64,000 bases of DNA, from contig JALGVJ010000011.1 in assembly GCA_029838195.1 (NCBI GenBank), forward strand, positions 32,001 through 96,000. Reading direction: 5' to 3'. The position numbers were made by a program, and so were the translations under genes. The DNA is from Promethearchaeota archaeon. Its GTDB lineage: Archaea > Asgardarchaeota > Lokiarchaeia > Sigyniarchaeales > SOKP01. Under the pieces are notes generated by a model, which made no database searches, was not told the DNA's origin, and saw only the letters and a list, made by a program, of their open reading frames with translations. Positions 17,651 to 25,525 of the stretch are shown piece after piece; position 1 is the stretch's first letter, and each line of letters opens with the position of its first letter.

Positions 17651-19687
17651 TTAAAAAAGCGTAACTAACTTTTCATATAAGAGAGATAAATACTGGAAAA
17701 TTTTTTCATATTTTTCACTACTGATAGAGATGGATTCTCCTTGAAGTAATTTTTTGTAGAGTGATTCCACGTACTTGATATTGGAAATCGGTGTCAAACG
17801 TTTTTTTAACATGTATTCTAATCCCATGAACGTTTCGGCAAGGTTCATAGTATCGATTTTTTCGGGAGCGATATAAGAGGGAGGCTGACTGCCGTTGAAA
17901 AATTTCTTGAATAATAATTTCATGAGTAATCCTAATGCCAACATCATGGTGCGAAAAGAGGGCTCATTCTCTCCTTGAGAAAAATATTTCTGACCCTGAC
18001 AAAAAATGGATTTAACTTCTTCTAATTTATCGTAAATATCAGTATTTTTTTCCCTCTCAGAATCCCTTTTTTCATGGACTTGCCGTGAGGTAGAAATACC
18101 ATTAGAAATGGGTATTTCATAATTTTTTAATTGAGATAAGCGTTCTTGTAATTGTTTTATTTTTTGATCAATAGAGTTCATGTGGAATCGGAGCGATCGT
18201 TCAAGTTCTAACAATGAAGGGACTTTTGGAACTTCAGATTTCTTAAGAATTTTTTGCTCTATTGGAGATGAATTTTCTTGTAAAGATGGAGAATGTTTTT
18301 CTTTGATTTGAGGAGAGAGAGCAGGCTCTTGTTTGATTTGGATGGGAGCGGATTCTTGAATGGATCCTTTTCCATTTGAGATGGTTTCATCAGCAAGATT
18401 AGAATCAGAATCTAAAGAATCAATATCAATGTGCTGAATTTCTAACTCAGGAAAAAAAGTTTTCATGTTATTTTCAAGATCATCTTTTTTAAGAAAAGAT
18501 TTTCTCTTTTCTTTTTCTTTTTTAACACGTTCACGTTTCTTATACGTTAATTCTTGAGGAAAATAATCCTCTTTTGGAGTAAAATTATTAAGATATGTCG
18601 AGCTTGATAGGGAAGTAAAAATGGAATCTATTTTATTTGGAGCAAGACCTAATGATTGTAAAAAAGAGTGAAGATCAAGCACGTGAGCTTCGCAAGGAAC
18701 AGATTTCAGCCATGTTCTTAAAAAATCTTCGGGCAATCCAAGTTTCCAATGATGTTGCCGCAAGTAGAGATATCGATTTTCGGGATTAATGAGAACCTTG
18801 TCTTCCAAATTTGCTGTATTTACATGTTCCAAACAGTATTCTTCCATGCAAGAAACGAACATTCGCTTGATAGTTGCTGGTAAATTTTTAAGGGCTCGAT
18901 ATTCCTCTCTATATTGCTGCAAAGGATCCTTTTTCTGAAGGAGTGGGTCACTTTTACTAATTTTTTCAATAGAAATGGAATCATCATCATTCAAAGAAGA
19001 AGCTTTTTTAAGAAGATGGCAAATACGGACATCATAAAAATGCTCCATAAACCTCAAGATTTTCTCTTGTTCATTCTCATCCTCATGGGATTTAGAAAGA
19101 AATTTTTGAATGCTTTTTATTGATTTTCCTTCATTTAACAAAATAAAAATCTGTCCTGCTAAATTTTTGATTTTTAAAAGATCATCCCGTAGGAGGTCAA
19201 GAGTCGGACACCTTTCAATTATTTTTTTTTCAAACGATAAATCTCTCGCAATAAAATCGTAATTTAAAAATTTTTTAGTCTTCTTATTATAAAGAATGAG
19301 AGGTTGTGAAGTAAGATTTTCAGAAGTGGCAGAAGAAGGAGATTGAATTGATGGAACAGCGAGTTTAGGGATAAGTTCTTTGGCATTTTCGCTGGTATTT
19401 AAGATGTAATGCAATGAAGGGTATTGCATGATTGCATAGATGTCTTTTAGATTTAGATTGTAGATGAGATAGAAATTGGGGATCGTGGAGTAGACATTCG
19501 CTTCTAAAATGTCATTCACGCTGGTTAGAGCCGTCGCATCGATGGGAATGAATGTATATCCTACGGTAAAAATCTCTAAAGCATTTAAGTATTTTAAGTC
19601 CACGTGGGGATAAATGAGCACGTTCCTCTGCTTGAAAAAAATTAAGTGTAGAAATTGGGCCGTGATGAAGTCGCTTTCCGTGTCCAT
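17651..19687 (-). CDS. Hypothetical 678-aa protein: globular N-terminus, low-complexity linker, coiled coil, possible HEPN-like helical C-domain
   Basis: Long ORF; SIDQKIKQLQERLSQLK coiled coil; C-terminal helical bundle without RxxxxH. Confidence 0.6.
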   Translation of the reverse strand: MDTESDFITAQFLHLIFFKQRNVLIYPHVDLKYLNALEIFTVGYTFIPIDATALTSVNDILEANVYSTIPNFYLIYNLNLKDIYAIMQYPSLHYILNTSENAKELIPKLAVPSIQSPSSATSENLTSQPLILYNKKTKKFLNYDFIARDLSFEKKIIERCPTLDLLRDDLLKIKNLAGQIFILLNEGKSIKSIQKFLSKSHEDENEQEKILRFMEHFYDVRICHLLKKASSLNDDDSISIEKISKSDPLLQKKDPLQQYREEYRALKNLPATIKRMFVSCMEEYCLEHVNTANLEDKVLINPENRYLYLRQHHWKLGLPEDFLRTWLKSVPCEAHVLDLHSFLQSLGLAPNKIDSIFTSLSSSTYLNNFTPKEDYFPQELTYKKRERVKKEKEKRKSFLKKDDLENNMKTFFPELEIQHIDIDSLDSDSNLADETISNGKGSIQESAPIQIKQEPALSPQIKEKHSPSLQENSSPIEQKILKKSEVPKVPSLLELERSLRFHMNSIDQKIKQLQERLSQLKNYEIPISNGISTSRQVHEKRDSEREKNTDIYDKLEEVKSIFCQGQKYFSQGENEPSFRTMMLALGLLMKLLFKKFFNGSQPPSYIAPEKIDTMNLAETFMGLEYMLKKRLTPISNIKYVESLYKKLLQGESISISSEKYEKIFQYLSLLYEKLVTLF

Positions 19688-19742
19688 GATAAAAATAATA
19701 TTTTGATATCTTAGTTCTTTTATCTTTAAAATTCAACGGATC

Positions 19743-19757
19743 TTTAAAAAGAAAAAA
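19743..19757 (-). promoter_or_regulatory. T-tract/TATA promoter variant (T6-C-TTTTTAAA)
   Basis: 55 nt upstream of ATG 19687. Confidence 0.45.
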
Positions 19758-19795
19758 TTTATTTTAGCTTCTAAGACTAATTTCTAAAATAATTT

Positions 19796-20896
19796 TTATA
19801 TTGATTTATTCGAGAAAATCTCATCTAATGTAAGCTGAACATGCTTGGATTTTTTTCTGAATGTTTCAAACGCAGAAATACAAGAATGATATTTATTAAT
19901 TAACTTATTTAAATTGTTTTCTACTCGAGCTTGATTGAGATGATGGTCTTTACAAAGAAAGGCACGCACTTTTTCTCTTATGGGAGCCGTCCAAGTGAAC
20001 GGTTCTTTTGGCGTGATTACTTCAGGAAAGAGAAAAATGTTCCGAACCTTAAAAATTATTTCAGGCGTGAGAGAGGAGAAATAATAATTTTTATTTCTTT
20101 CACGGTCAATGATATTTTCAAGTGTTTCATGAGCTTTTATTAATTTCAAGGCGGTTTTTGATCCAACATGTTTGATGCCCGGAAAATAATCCGTTTTTAA
20201 TAATAAGACTAAATCAATGAGTTGAAAGTAATTAATTCCCATTAATTTAAGGCTTTTCTTGAGGTCATATAACTTAGGCTCAATTTTTTGATAAACCCAT
20301 TTATTTTTGATCTTTCTTCTCATGGACTTTGTTAAATTCTGAATGACGTGAGGACTTCCGAACAAGAGCGAATCAAAATCTTGAGAGTTCATGTAATCCA
20401 CGAGATGACTTTTTACTAAATGAGCACATTGAGCTTCAGCGGAAGAAGGAGATTCAATATAAGGTACACCCAATAAACTTAATAAAATTTTAGATTCTTC
20501 TACAACGGAAGGCCATAAAAATTCCTTGCTCAATCCGATTTGACGAGCTGTTTTCCAATCCTTGTTTTTTAAGGCTTTTTCGTGCATGCGTTTCGCATAT
20601 CGGAAGTCATTGAGTTGATCTTTAGTAATGATGCGTTTTAACTCCGAGACTTTGCCATCAAAACAAAACACAGGAAGAATCCGCTTTGAATACAAGAATA
20701 AAATCTTGTATAAAATTCCATAAAGGTGATTGATGACTCGCTGCGTTCTGTCAATGAATAAGGAATCGGTATTCTTAGCAGTGAAATTTAACGTGCTAAA
20801 TAAAAAATTAGGAGTATCAATTGCAATGACTGTTCCTTCCAAGGAGGTGAGAGAAATAGGTTCAGCATGGAGTAGGTCAGCAATTTTCACTCCCAT
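19796..20896 (-). CDS. fen: Flap endonuclease 1 family nuclease (divergent)
   Basis: MGVK start, IAID, FDGK, AEAQCA, SQDFDSLLFG, TDY..GI..VG.KTALKLI H3TH, C-terminal PIP QLTLDEIF. Confidence 0.88.
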   Translation of the reverse strand: MGVKIADLLHAEPISLTSLEGTVIAIDTPNFLFSTLNFTAKNTDSLFIDRTQRVINHLYGILYKILFLYSKRILPVFCFDGKVSELKRIITKDQLNDFRYAKRMHEKALKNKDWKTARQIGLSKEFLWPSVVEESKILLSLLGVPYIESPSSAEAQCAHLVKSHLVDYMNSQDFDSLLFGSPHVIQNLTKSMRRKIKNKWVYQKIEPKLYDLKKSLKLMGINYFQLIDLVLLLKTDYFPGIKHVGSKTALKLIKAHETLENIIDRERNKNYYFSSLTPEIIFKVRNIFLFPEVITPKEPFTWTAPIREKVRAFLCKDHHLNQARVENNLNKLINKYHSCISAFETFRKKSKHVQLTLDEIFSNKSI

Positions 20897-20917
20897 GACC
20901 TATCTGTTTTATCCTCA

Positions 20918-20932
20918 TATTTAAAGAAAAAA
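20918..20932 (-). promoter_or_regulatory. T-tract/TATA promoter (T6-C-TTTAAATA) for fen
   Basis: 21 nt before ATG 20896. Confidence 0.75.
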
Positions 20933-20952
20933 TCAGTATTAGGGAAAAATCA

Positions 20953-20966
20953 TTTTTATTTAAATA
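20953..20966 (+). promoter_or_regulatory. T-tract/TATA promoter (T5-A-TTTAAATA)
   Basis: 22 nt before ATG 20989; back-to-back with the fen promoter. Confidence 0.75.
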
Positions 20967-20988
20967 AATTTAATGAGTAGTTAAGAGG

Positions 20989-21624
20989 ATGATGGAAAAT
21001 GTAAATTATATTGAAAAAAAATTTCATGAAAACAATGTTAATGGAAATTTTATAAACCTTGGTGCGACTGATTTCAACCAAGAAATAGATAAACATGATG
21101 TAATAAATGTTCTATTACGTTATTTCTCTATTCCTGTCCTTAGAGCTTCTTCTAACCGCATGAAAACAGCAATGGTATCATTTTTAGCTCGAATTCTTAA
21201 TAAAAATAAATCATGGATTCGTGATTCTATAAACGAATTTTTAGAAAACTGCCAATCGTTTAAAGAGATTCTAAAACAAGAATTAAAAAAGTTGAAATTG
21301 GACGGATGCTTCGACCCCATCGAAACGCACATTAACCTCTTGAATCGCTTTCTCGAACAACTTCATTCCTTTACAAATGCGTTCGATATGGAACGTGCCA
21401 AGATAAACATGTTAATCCTCATTGATAAATTAGACGCTAAATCTAAGTTCATGCCTCTTTTTAACCTAAACATTCATCTTGCTTTTTTGATATATATTAC
21501 CGATGTTAAGGATTACGAGGTTTTGAGAGCTAATATTTCTCCTCTTAAGTTAGAAAATATTTGCTACATGACAAATTGTAAAGAAAAACAATTGTTTCAA
21601 TTAAAGGCGATCCTTTCTCCTTAA
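20989..21624 (+). CDS. TFB/TFIIB cyclin-fold-like protein, distant paralog of 16919
   Basis: HLAFLIYITD...LKLENICYMTNCKEKQLFQLKAIL versus QLALILFVTD...ILQVNIRNLCKTSAYAFHRARNKL. Confidence 0.5.
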   Translation: MMENVNYIEKKFHENNVNGNFINLGATDFNQEIDKHDVINVLLRYFSIPVLRASSNRMKTAMVSFLARILNKNKSWIRDSINEFLENCQSFKEILKQELKKLKLDGCFDPIETHINLLNRFLEQLHSFTNAFDMERAKINMLILIDKLDAKSKFMPLFNLNIHLAFLIYITDVKDYEVLRANISPLKLENICYMTNCKEKQLFQLKAILSP

Positions 21625-21652
21625 AGTCAATTAAAGGCGATCCTTTCTCCTT
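21597..21652 (+). repeat. Perfect 26-bp direct repeat (tcaattaaaggcgatcctttctcctt), 30-bp period, duplicating the 3' end of ORF 20989
   Basis: 21597-21622 is identical to 21627-21652. Confidence 0.95.
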
Positions 21653-21691
21653 GAAAAAACTCATTTTATCTAATTATATTTATTACTTAAA

Positions 21692-22447
21692 CTATGGCAA
21701 ATAAAAGGTAATGCCTTGATCAGTAATTTCAAATTTTAACGAAATCTTTTTCTCATTATAATGGATGATTAACCTTCTAAGCCTACCATGTGAATGAGCT
21801 TCCATGAGATGAGGTGGAAAAAGCTCAAGAGTCACTCCCTTTATCCTCTCAAATAAAGAGGAATAAAAAACATTATCCTGAGAAGTAGTCGGATTCGTAG
21901 AAAACTCATGAATGAGAAATACAAGAATATTTTTAAATGAACAATAAAATAAGAGAGGCACCAATTGCTTTTCAAAAAAATCATTAATAATAACTTCTCT
22001 TATATTCATGTCCTCTTCCATGGATAAACGCAATCGCAAGTGATGAGAGATGTTATCCACGACCATACATTTGAGATAAGGAATATTAGGCAAGTATTTT
22101 TCAAGAAGTCCTTGAAAAAGTAATTCTTGTTTTTCATATGAAAGGAGGACAGAACGAGCCGGAAAAATGAAAAAGCGCTCATGAAGGGATGAAGATTTAT
22201 TATTATAAAATATTTCTAATTGTTTGAGTCGCTTAACGGGAAAATGTTCGGAAGCTTGAATCCACGCGCACGCATGACGTGATCCGAGTAAATGATAGAC
22301 TAAATAGAGAACAAGATTAGTTTTTCCGCTTCCTGCTTTCCCCTTTACATGAATGACATTTTCTCTTTTTAAAATAAGAGAAATAATTTCCAAGAGGTCT
22401 TTTTCATTCAAAATCTTTAAACTTCTTTTTTCTTTTTTTCGAGCCAT
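21692..22447 (-). CDS. radB: RadB-like / Rad51-paralog RecA-fold ATPase
   Basis: GKAGSGKT, WIQASEHF..KRL.Q, MVVDNIS; no N-terminal HhH domain. Confidence 0.65.
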   Translation of the reverse strand: MARKKEKRSLKILNEKDLLEIISLILKRENVIHVKGKAGSGKTNLVLYLVYHLLGSRHACAWIQASEHFPVKRLKQLEIFYNNKSSSLHERFFIFPARSVLLSYEKQELLFQGLLEKYLPNIPYLKCMVVDNISHHLRLRLSMEEDMNIREVIINDFFEKQLVPLLFYCSFKNILVFLIHEFSTNPTTSQDNVFYSSLFERIKGVTLELFPPHLMEAHSHGRLRRLIIHYNEKKISLKFEITDQGITFYLP

Positions 22448-22763
22448 TATTATTTTCTCTTAAAGCTTGTAAAACCCTTTTCTCAAGATTATCATGAGAT
22501 CTGTTAGGCAAGATAATAGTATTATCACGCTTGGAAGAATTGTTTTCCGCATTTTTAAGGTTCATGGCTAATAACATTAAGGGTAACCATTTATCCGTTC
22601 CATCAGAAGAATTTCCTTTTATTTTCAAGTGTTTTTTGTATTTCACGAACAGGAAATAGACGATAATGACGCACGTGATATAAATGACATATTGGGGATT
22701 GGTTTGAATGAACACGATTAAGAACATTATCAAGATTAGATAGAATAAACATTTAAATGTCAT
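22404..22763 (-). CDS. Small two-TM membrane protein overlapping the radB-like gene (start revised from 22805 to 22763)
   Basis: SD AGGAGGTA (22775-22782) precedes ATG 22763; the promoter at 22808 makes the 22805 start unlikely. Confidence 0.6.
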   Translation of the reverse strand: MTFKCLFYLILIMFLIVFIQTNPQYVIYITCVIIVYFLFVKYKKHLKIKGNSSDGTDKWLPLMLLAMNLKNAENNSSKRDNTIILPNRSHDNLEKRVLQALRENNNGSKKRKKKFKDFE

Positions 22764-22807
22764 TTTTTTGATACTACCTCCTGTATAGTATTTAAATACA
22801 TTCATTC

Positions 22808-22823
22808 TATATAAAGAAAAAAA
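22808..22823 (-). promoter_or_regulatory. T-tract/TATA promoter (T7-C-TTTATATA) for the membrane protein-radB operon
   Basis: Seen directly, followed by SD and ATG. Confidence 0.7.
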
Positions 22824-23385
22824 GTTCTATCACGCAAATAGAAGAAAAAATACCCAATTGAACAATGTTTATTTTCTTATGAGAAATTGTATTAAAGAAA
22901 AGATTTTATAGAATTGGTTTAATTTAATATAGATCAATCAGTTTTTGGAAATATTTTTTATTCAATATGCCAAAAAAATGGAAAAAATAAAAGAAAATTA
23001 TTATTAAACCGTTTTCCTTAAGGATTCAAAAAAGCTCATATTATTAAAATTCTAATATTTCACGATGTCTTTCTACACCTAATATTTTGAGAGAAGAACC
23101 CAAATTCTCACCAAGATCATCAAATCAAGAAGAGAAGAATTACATTAAGAAGCCTAATTAATTCTGGATTTTGGAAGAGTGTATATTTATATTTAAGAAA
23201 TGAATTAATGATTAACACATTTAAAAGAATAGCTTTAATTTAAAAAATTTTGATCTCAAAACAAGCCCAAAAGTGATCAACACTTTTTGTGAGATTGATT
23301 TTTTGCTAAATATTGTTCATTTATTAGGACATTAAATGAAATAATTCCATCATAAATATAAAGGATATTAAAAATGAGGTCAAAA

Positions 23386-23401
23386 CCGTAAAGTTTAAAA
23401 G
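23386..23401 (+). promoter_or_regulatory. Canonical archaeal BRE-TATA (CCGTAAAG-TTTAAAAG) for the tfb paralog
   Basis: Purine-rich BRE before TATA, about 60 nt upstream of ATG 23460. Confidence 0.6.
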
Positions 23402-23459
23402 GCACACTCCCCCCAGTATATTTCCTTAAGAAAAAATGTAAAATGAGTTGTAATAAAAA

Positions 23460-24851
23460 ATGGCATCTAAAACTAATAAAAATTTGGTTTTTACGGAATT
23501 CTTAACTTGTGATATTTGTGGCTCGACTGATATTGTCGAAACAATGGAAGGTTATACCTGTAGAAATTGCGGTATTGTACTCAACATGCAACGTTTAGAA
23601 TATCACAGGCCATATAACGAAGCTTGTTTACAGCACGCACCTCTTAATTCAACCCAAATTGGAACTAAACAAGAACGCTTGAATCATACAAGATCTCCCC
23701 ATTTACAGAGATTAAATAAACTTCATTCTATTTCCTCGATATCAAATGAAAAATTTATAATTGAAACCGCCAGAAAAGAAATCTCTCGTCTTTTAGAGAT
23801 TCTTGGTTATTCTACTTCGGAGATGAATCAAGATATCTTGAAAAATGTTAAAACTATTTGGCAAAAAATAGAAAAAGGAACAAAATTTAGAAATGTTGAG
23901 AAATTAATCCCTGCCGTGATCTACGTTTATTTTAAGATTAAATGCCTCTTCATTAATTGGTCCAAACTTTTAGAGAATTCTAAACTCTCGAAAGAAGAAT
24001 TTCGCGCTGCTTTAATGACCGTCATTCGATTTCTAGACCATGAGGTGAGAATTGCTTATCTCAAGGGAACGAGAAAACGATATTGCGAGCGAAAAATTTT
24101 ACGAATAGCAGAAGAATTTGGTTTGGGAATGGACTTTTATCATCAAGCCGTGGCGCTCATGTATAAATTATGGAACATTATTCAAAATACGAAAGAAGAT
24201 GTCATCGTGGGAGTAACATGCAGTCTCATTGCTCTCACATCCGCTTATCGAGAGAAAATTTCTGTTTCTAAAATATGCTCTTATGTAGGCATTCAGATGT
24301 CCACTGTTCAAAGTCAGGTAAAAAAACGCATCATTGAGAGGTTCAAGATTCCCGGATTTATAAGTCTTGTTAAATCTGCAAACCTCATTGAAAAAATCTT
24401 AAAAAAATTGGGCATTTTAAAAGAAAAACTCACTCATCGGAGACAGAAAAAAATTCATGATGATGAGAAACAAGCTGAAGAGAAACAAGATATCAAAAGA
24501 AATTCGGAGATTAGTTTAGAAGAAGAGGAGAAGGATGCCATTAGAATAATTAAATCATTTGAATTAGAATTCATGGTTTCAAAAAATAATAACGCCAAAA
24601 AGGCATGTTATATTTTAAAGAGCAGTAATGGAAAACACGGATATTTATTGTTACTTGATGAAAACGATAAAAAACAAGGTCATTTTCAAGGCTTTAAAAA
24701 ACGATTTCAGAAAAAATCAATTAGATTAGTAAATCATCAAACAAAATTTTTTAATAATCCCTTGATACAAGTTAATGCGATTTTAAAATTTAAAACGGGT
24801 AAAGGACCTCCTGAAAAAGAACATATAATTTCATTTCACTTCATCAGATAA
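23460..24851 (+). CDS. tfb: Divergent transcription factor B (TFB/TFIIB) paralog with a long C-terminal extension
   Basis: Zn ribbon CDIC...CRNCG.V, divergent B-reader, two cyclin repeats (KLIPAVIYVYFK; VIVGVTCSLIAL), HTH VSKICSYVGIQMSTVQSQVKK. Confidence 0.82.
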   Translation: MASKTNKNLVFTEFLTCDICGSTDIVETMEGYTCRNCGIVLNMQRLEYHRPYNEACLQHAPLNSTQIGTKQERLNHTRSPHLQRLNKLHSISSISNEKFIIETARKEISRLLEILGYSTSEMNQDILKNVKTIWQKIEKGTKFRNVEKLIPAVIYVYFKIKCLFINWSKLLENSKLSKEEFRAALMTVIRFLDHEVRIAYLKGTRKRYCERKILRIAEEFGLGMDFYHQAVALMYKLWNIIQNTKEDVIVGVTCSLIALTSAYREKISVSKICSYVGIQMSTVQSQVKKRIIERFKIPGFISLVKSANLIEKILKKLGILKEKLTHRRQKKIHDDEKQAEEKQDIKRNSEISLEEEEKDAIRIIKSFELEFMVSKNNNAKKACYILKSSNGKHGYLLLLDENDKKQGHFQGFKKRFQKKSIRLVNHQTKFFNNPLIQVNAILKFKTGKGPPEKEHIISFHFIR

Positions 24852-24864
24852 TAAATGAAGTGAA
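24835..24864 (+). terminator. 10-bp stem hairpin spanning the tfb stop, followed by T-rich tracts
   Basis: ttcacttcat (24835-24844) pairs with atgaagtgaa (24855-24864). Confidence 0.5.
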
Positions 24865-25029
24865 CTTTTATTTCTCTCCTTCCCTCTATTCTTTCACTTT
24901 TTCTTTTTATTTTTATCTTTAATTTTTCTATTTTTTATTTTCTATTCTAAATTTTTATAACATGAAAAAAATAAATTTATAAACATGAATAATTATATTA
25001 AAATAAATATAAAATAAACTAAAAAACAA

Positions 25030-25178
25030 GATTCTCCTCCTAAACGAGAAACTTGGATTTTTGTCTTTTGGTTAGCATGCTAAGGCATGCTCTTTTGCGA
25101 CTTTCTTTTCTATTATATATTTTGATGGGCACTCTTGTTTGGCCCCTTAACCCGTTTAGGGGAGAATCATTCTTTTTT
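25030..25178 (+). ncRNA. Candidate structured ncRNA (~150 nt) closed by a 16-bp stem
   Basis: 25030-25046 pairs with 25153-25168 (one bulge); internal hairpin 25074-25091; TATA TTTATAAA at 24976-24983 upstream; T-run downstream. Confidence 0.45.
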
Positions 25179-25281
25179 AGGAGCGTATAATTTTTAATAA
25201 TTATTTTAAATGATTATTAGGTAACCATCAACTTTCAAATGATTTTTTTAAAAGAAATATCGGGAACTATTTTTTTAACTA

Positions 25282-25296
25282 TTTTTTATTTAAATA
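25282..25296 (+). promoter_or_regulatory. T-tract/TATA promoter (T6-A-TTTAAATA) facing an unannotated small ORF
   Basis: Followed by SD GGAGGTGA at 25350-25357. Confidence 0.6.
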
Positions 25297-25369
25297 TGAT
25301 TGATGATCTTATTTTATTGCTAATCAAAAAGTATTCCTAAAAACAGAAGGGAGGTGATGGACTCGAAAC

Positions 25370-25525
25370 GTGCTGGGAATATTTTTTGGGCTTCTTTTTT
25401 TTTTATTATTGTTATATCTTGTTGCCACTTTATTTTTGAGAAGTCAAGGATGGGTATTGCTTTTCAAAAAATTCATTAAACAATTTAACATTTTTATAAG
25501 AATTAGTAATAGAGTCCCATTCTAA
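25370..25525 (+). CDS. Candidate 51-aa single-TM peptide (MLGIFFGLLFFLLLLYLVATLFLR...), overlapping the 3' end of the convergent 1214-aa gene
   Basis: Promoter, perfect SD, GTG start, hydrophobic N-terminus. Confidence 0.35.
   Translation: MLGIFFGLLFFLLLLYLVATLFLRSQGWVLLFKKFIKQFNIFIRISNRVPF

Noticed and set aside
21597-21652. Mini CRISPR array
   Set aside because: Only two copies separated by 4 bp, derived from coding sequence, with no cas genes
25030-25168. Retron msr-msd or DGR RNA interpretation of the inverted repeats
   Set aside because: No reverse transcriptase or template/variable repeat pair is visible in the window
25349-25368. Minus strand TTCGAGTCCATCACCTCCC looks like a tRNA T-loop/3' end (possible att site)
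   Set aside because: There is no pairing 5' T-stem and no integrase in the window. The sequence is better explained as a plus-strand Shine-Dalgarno (GGAGGTGAT) behind a promoter.
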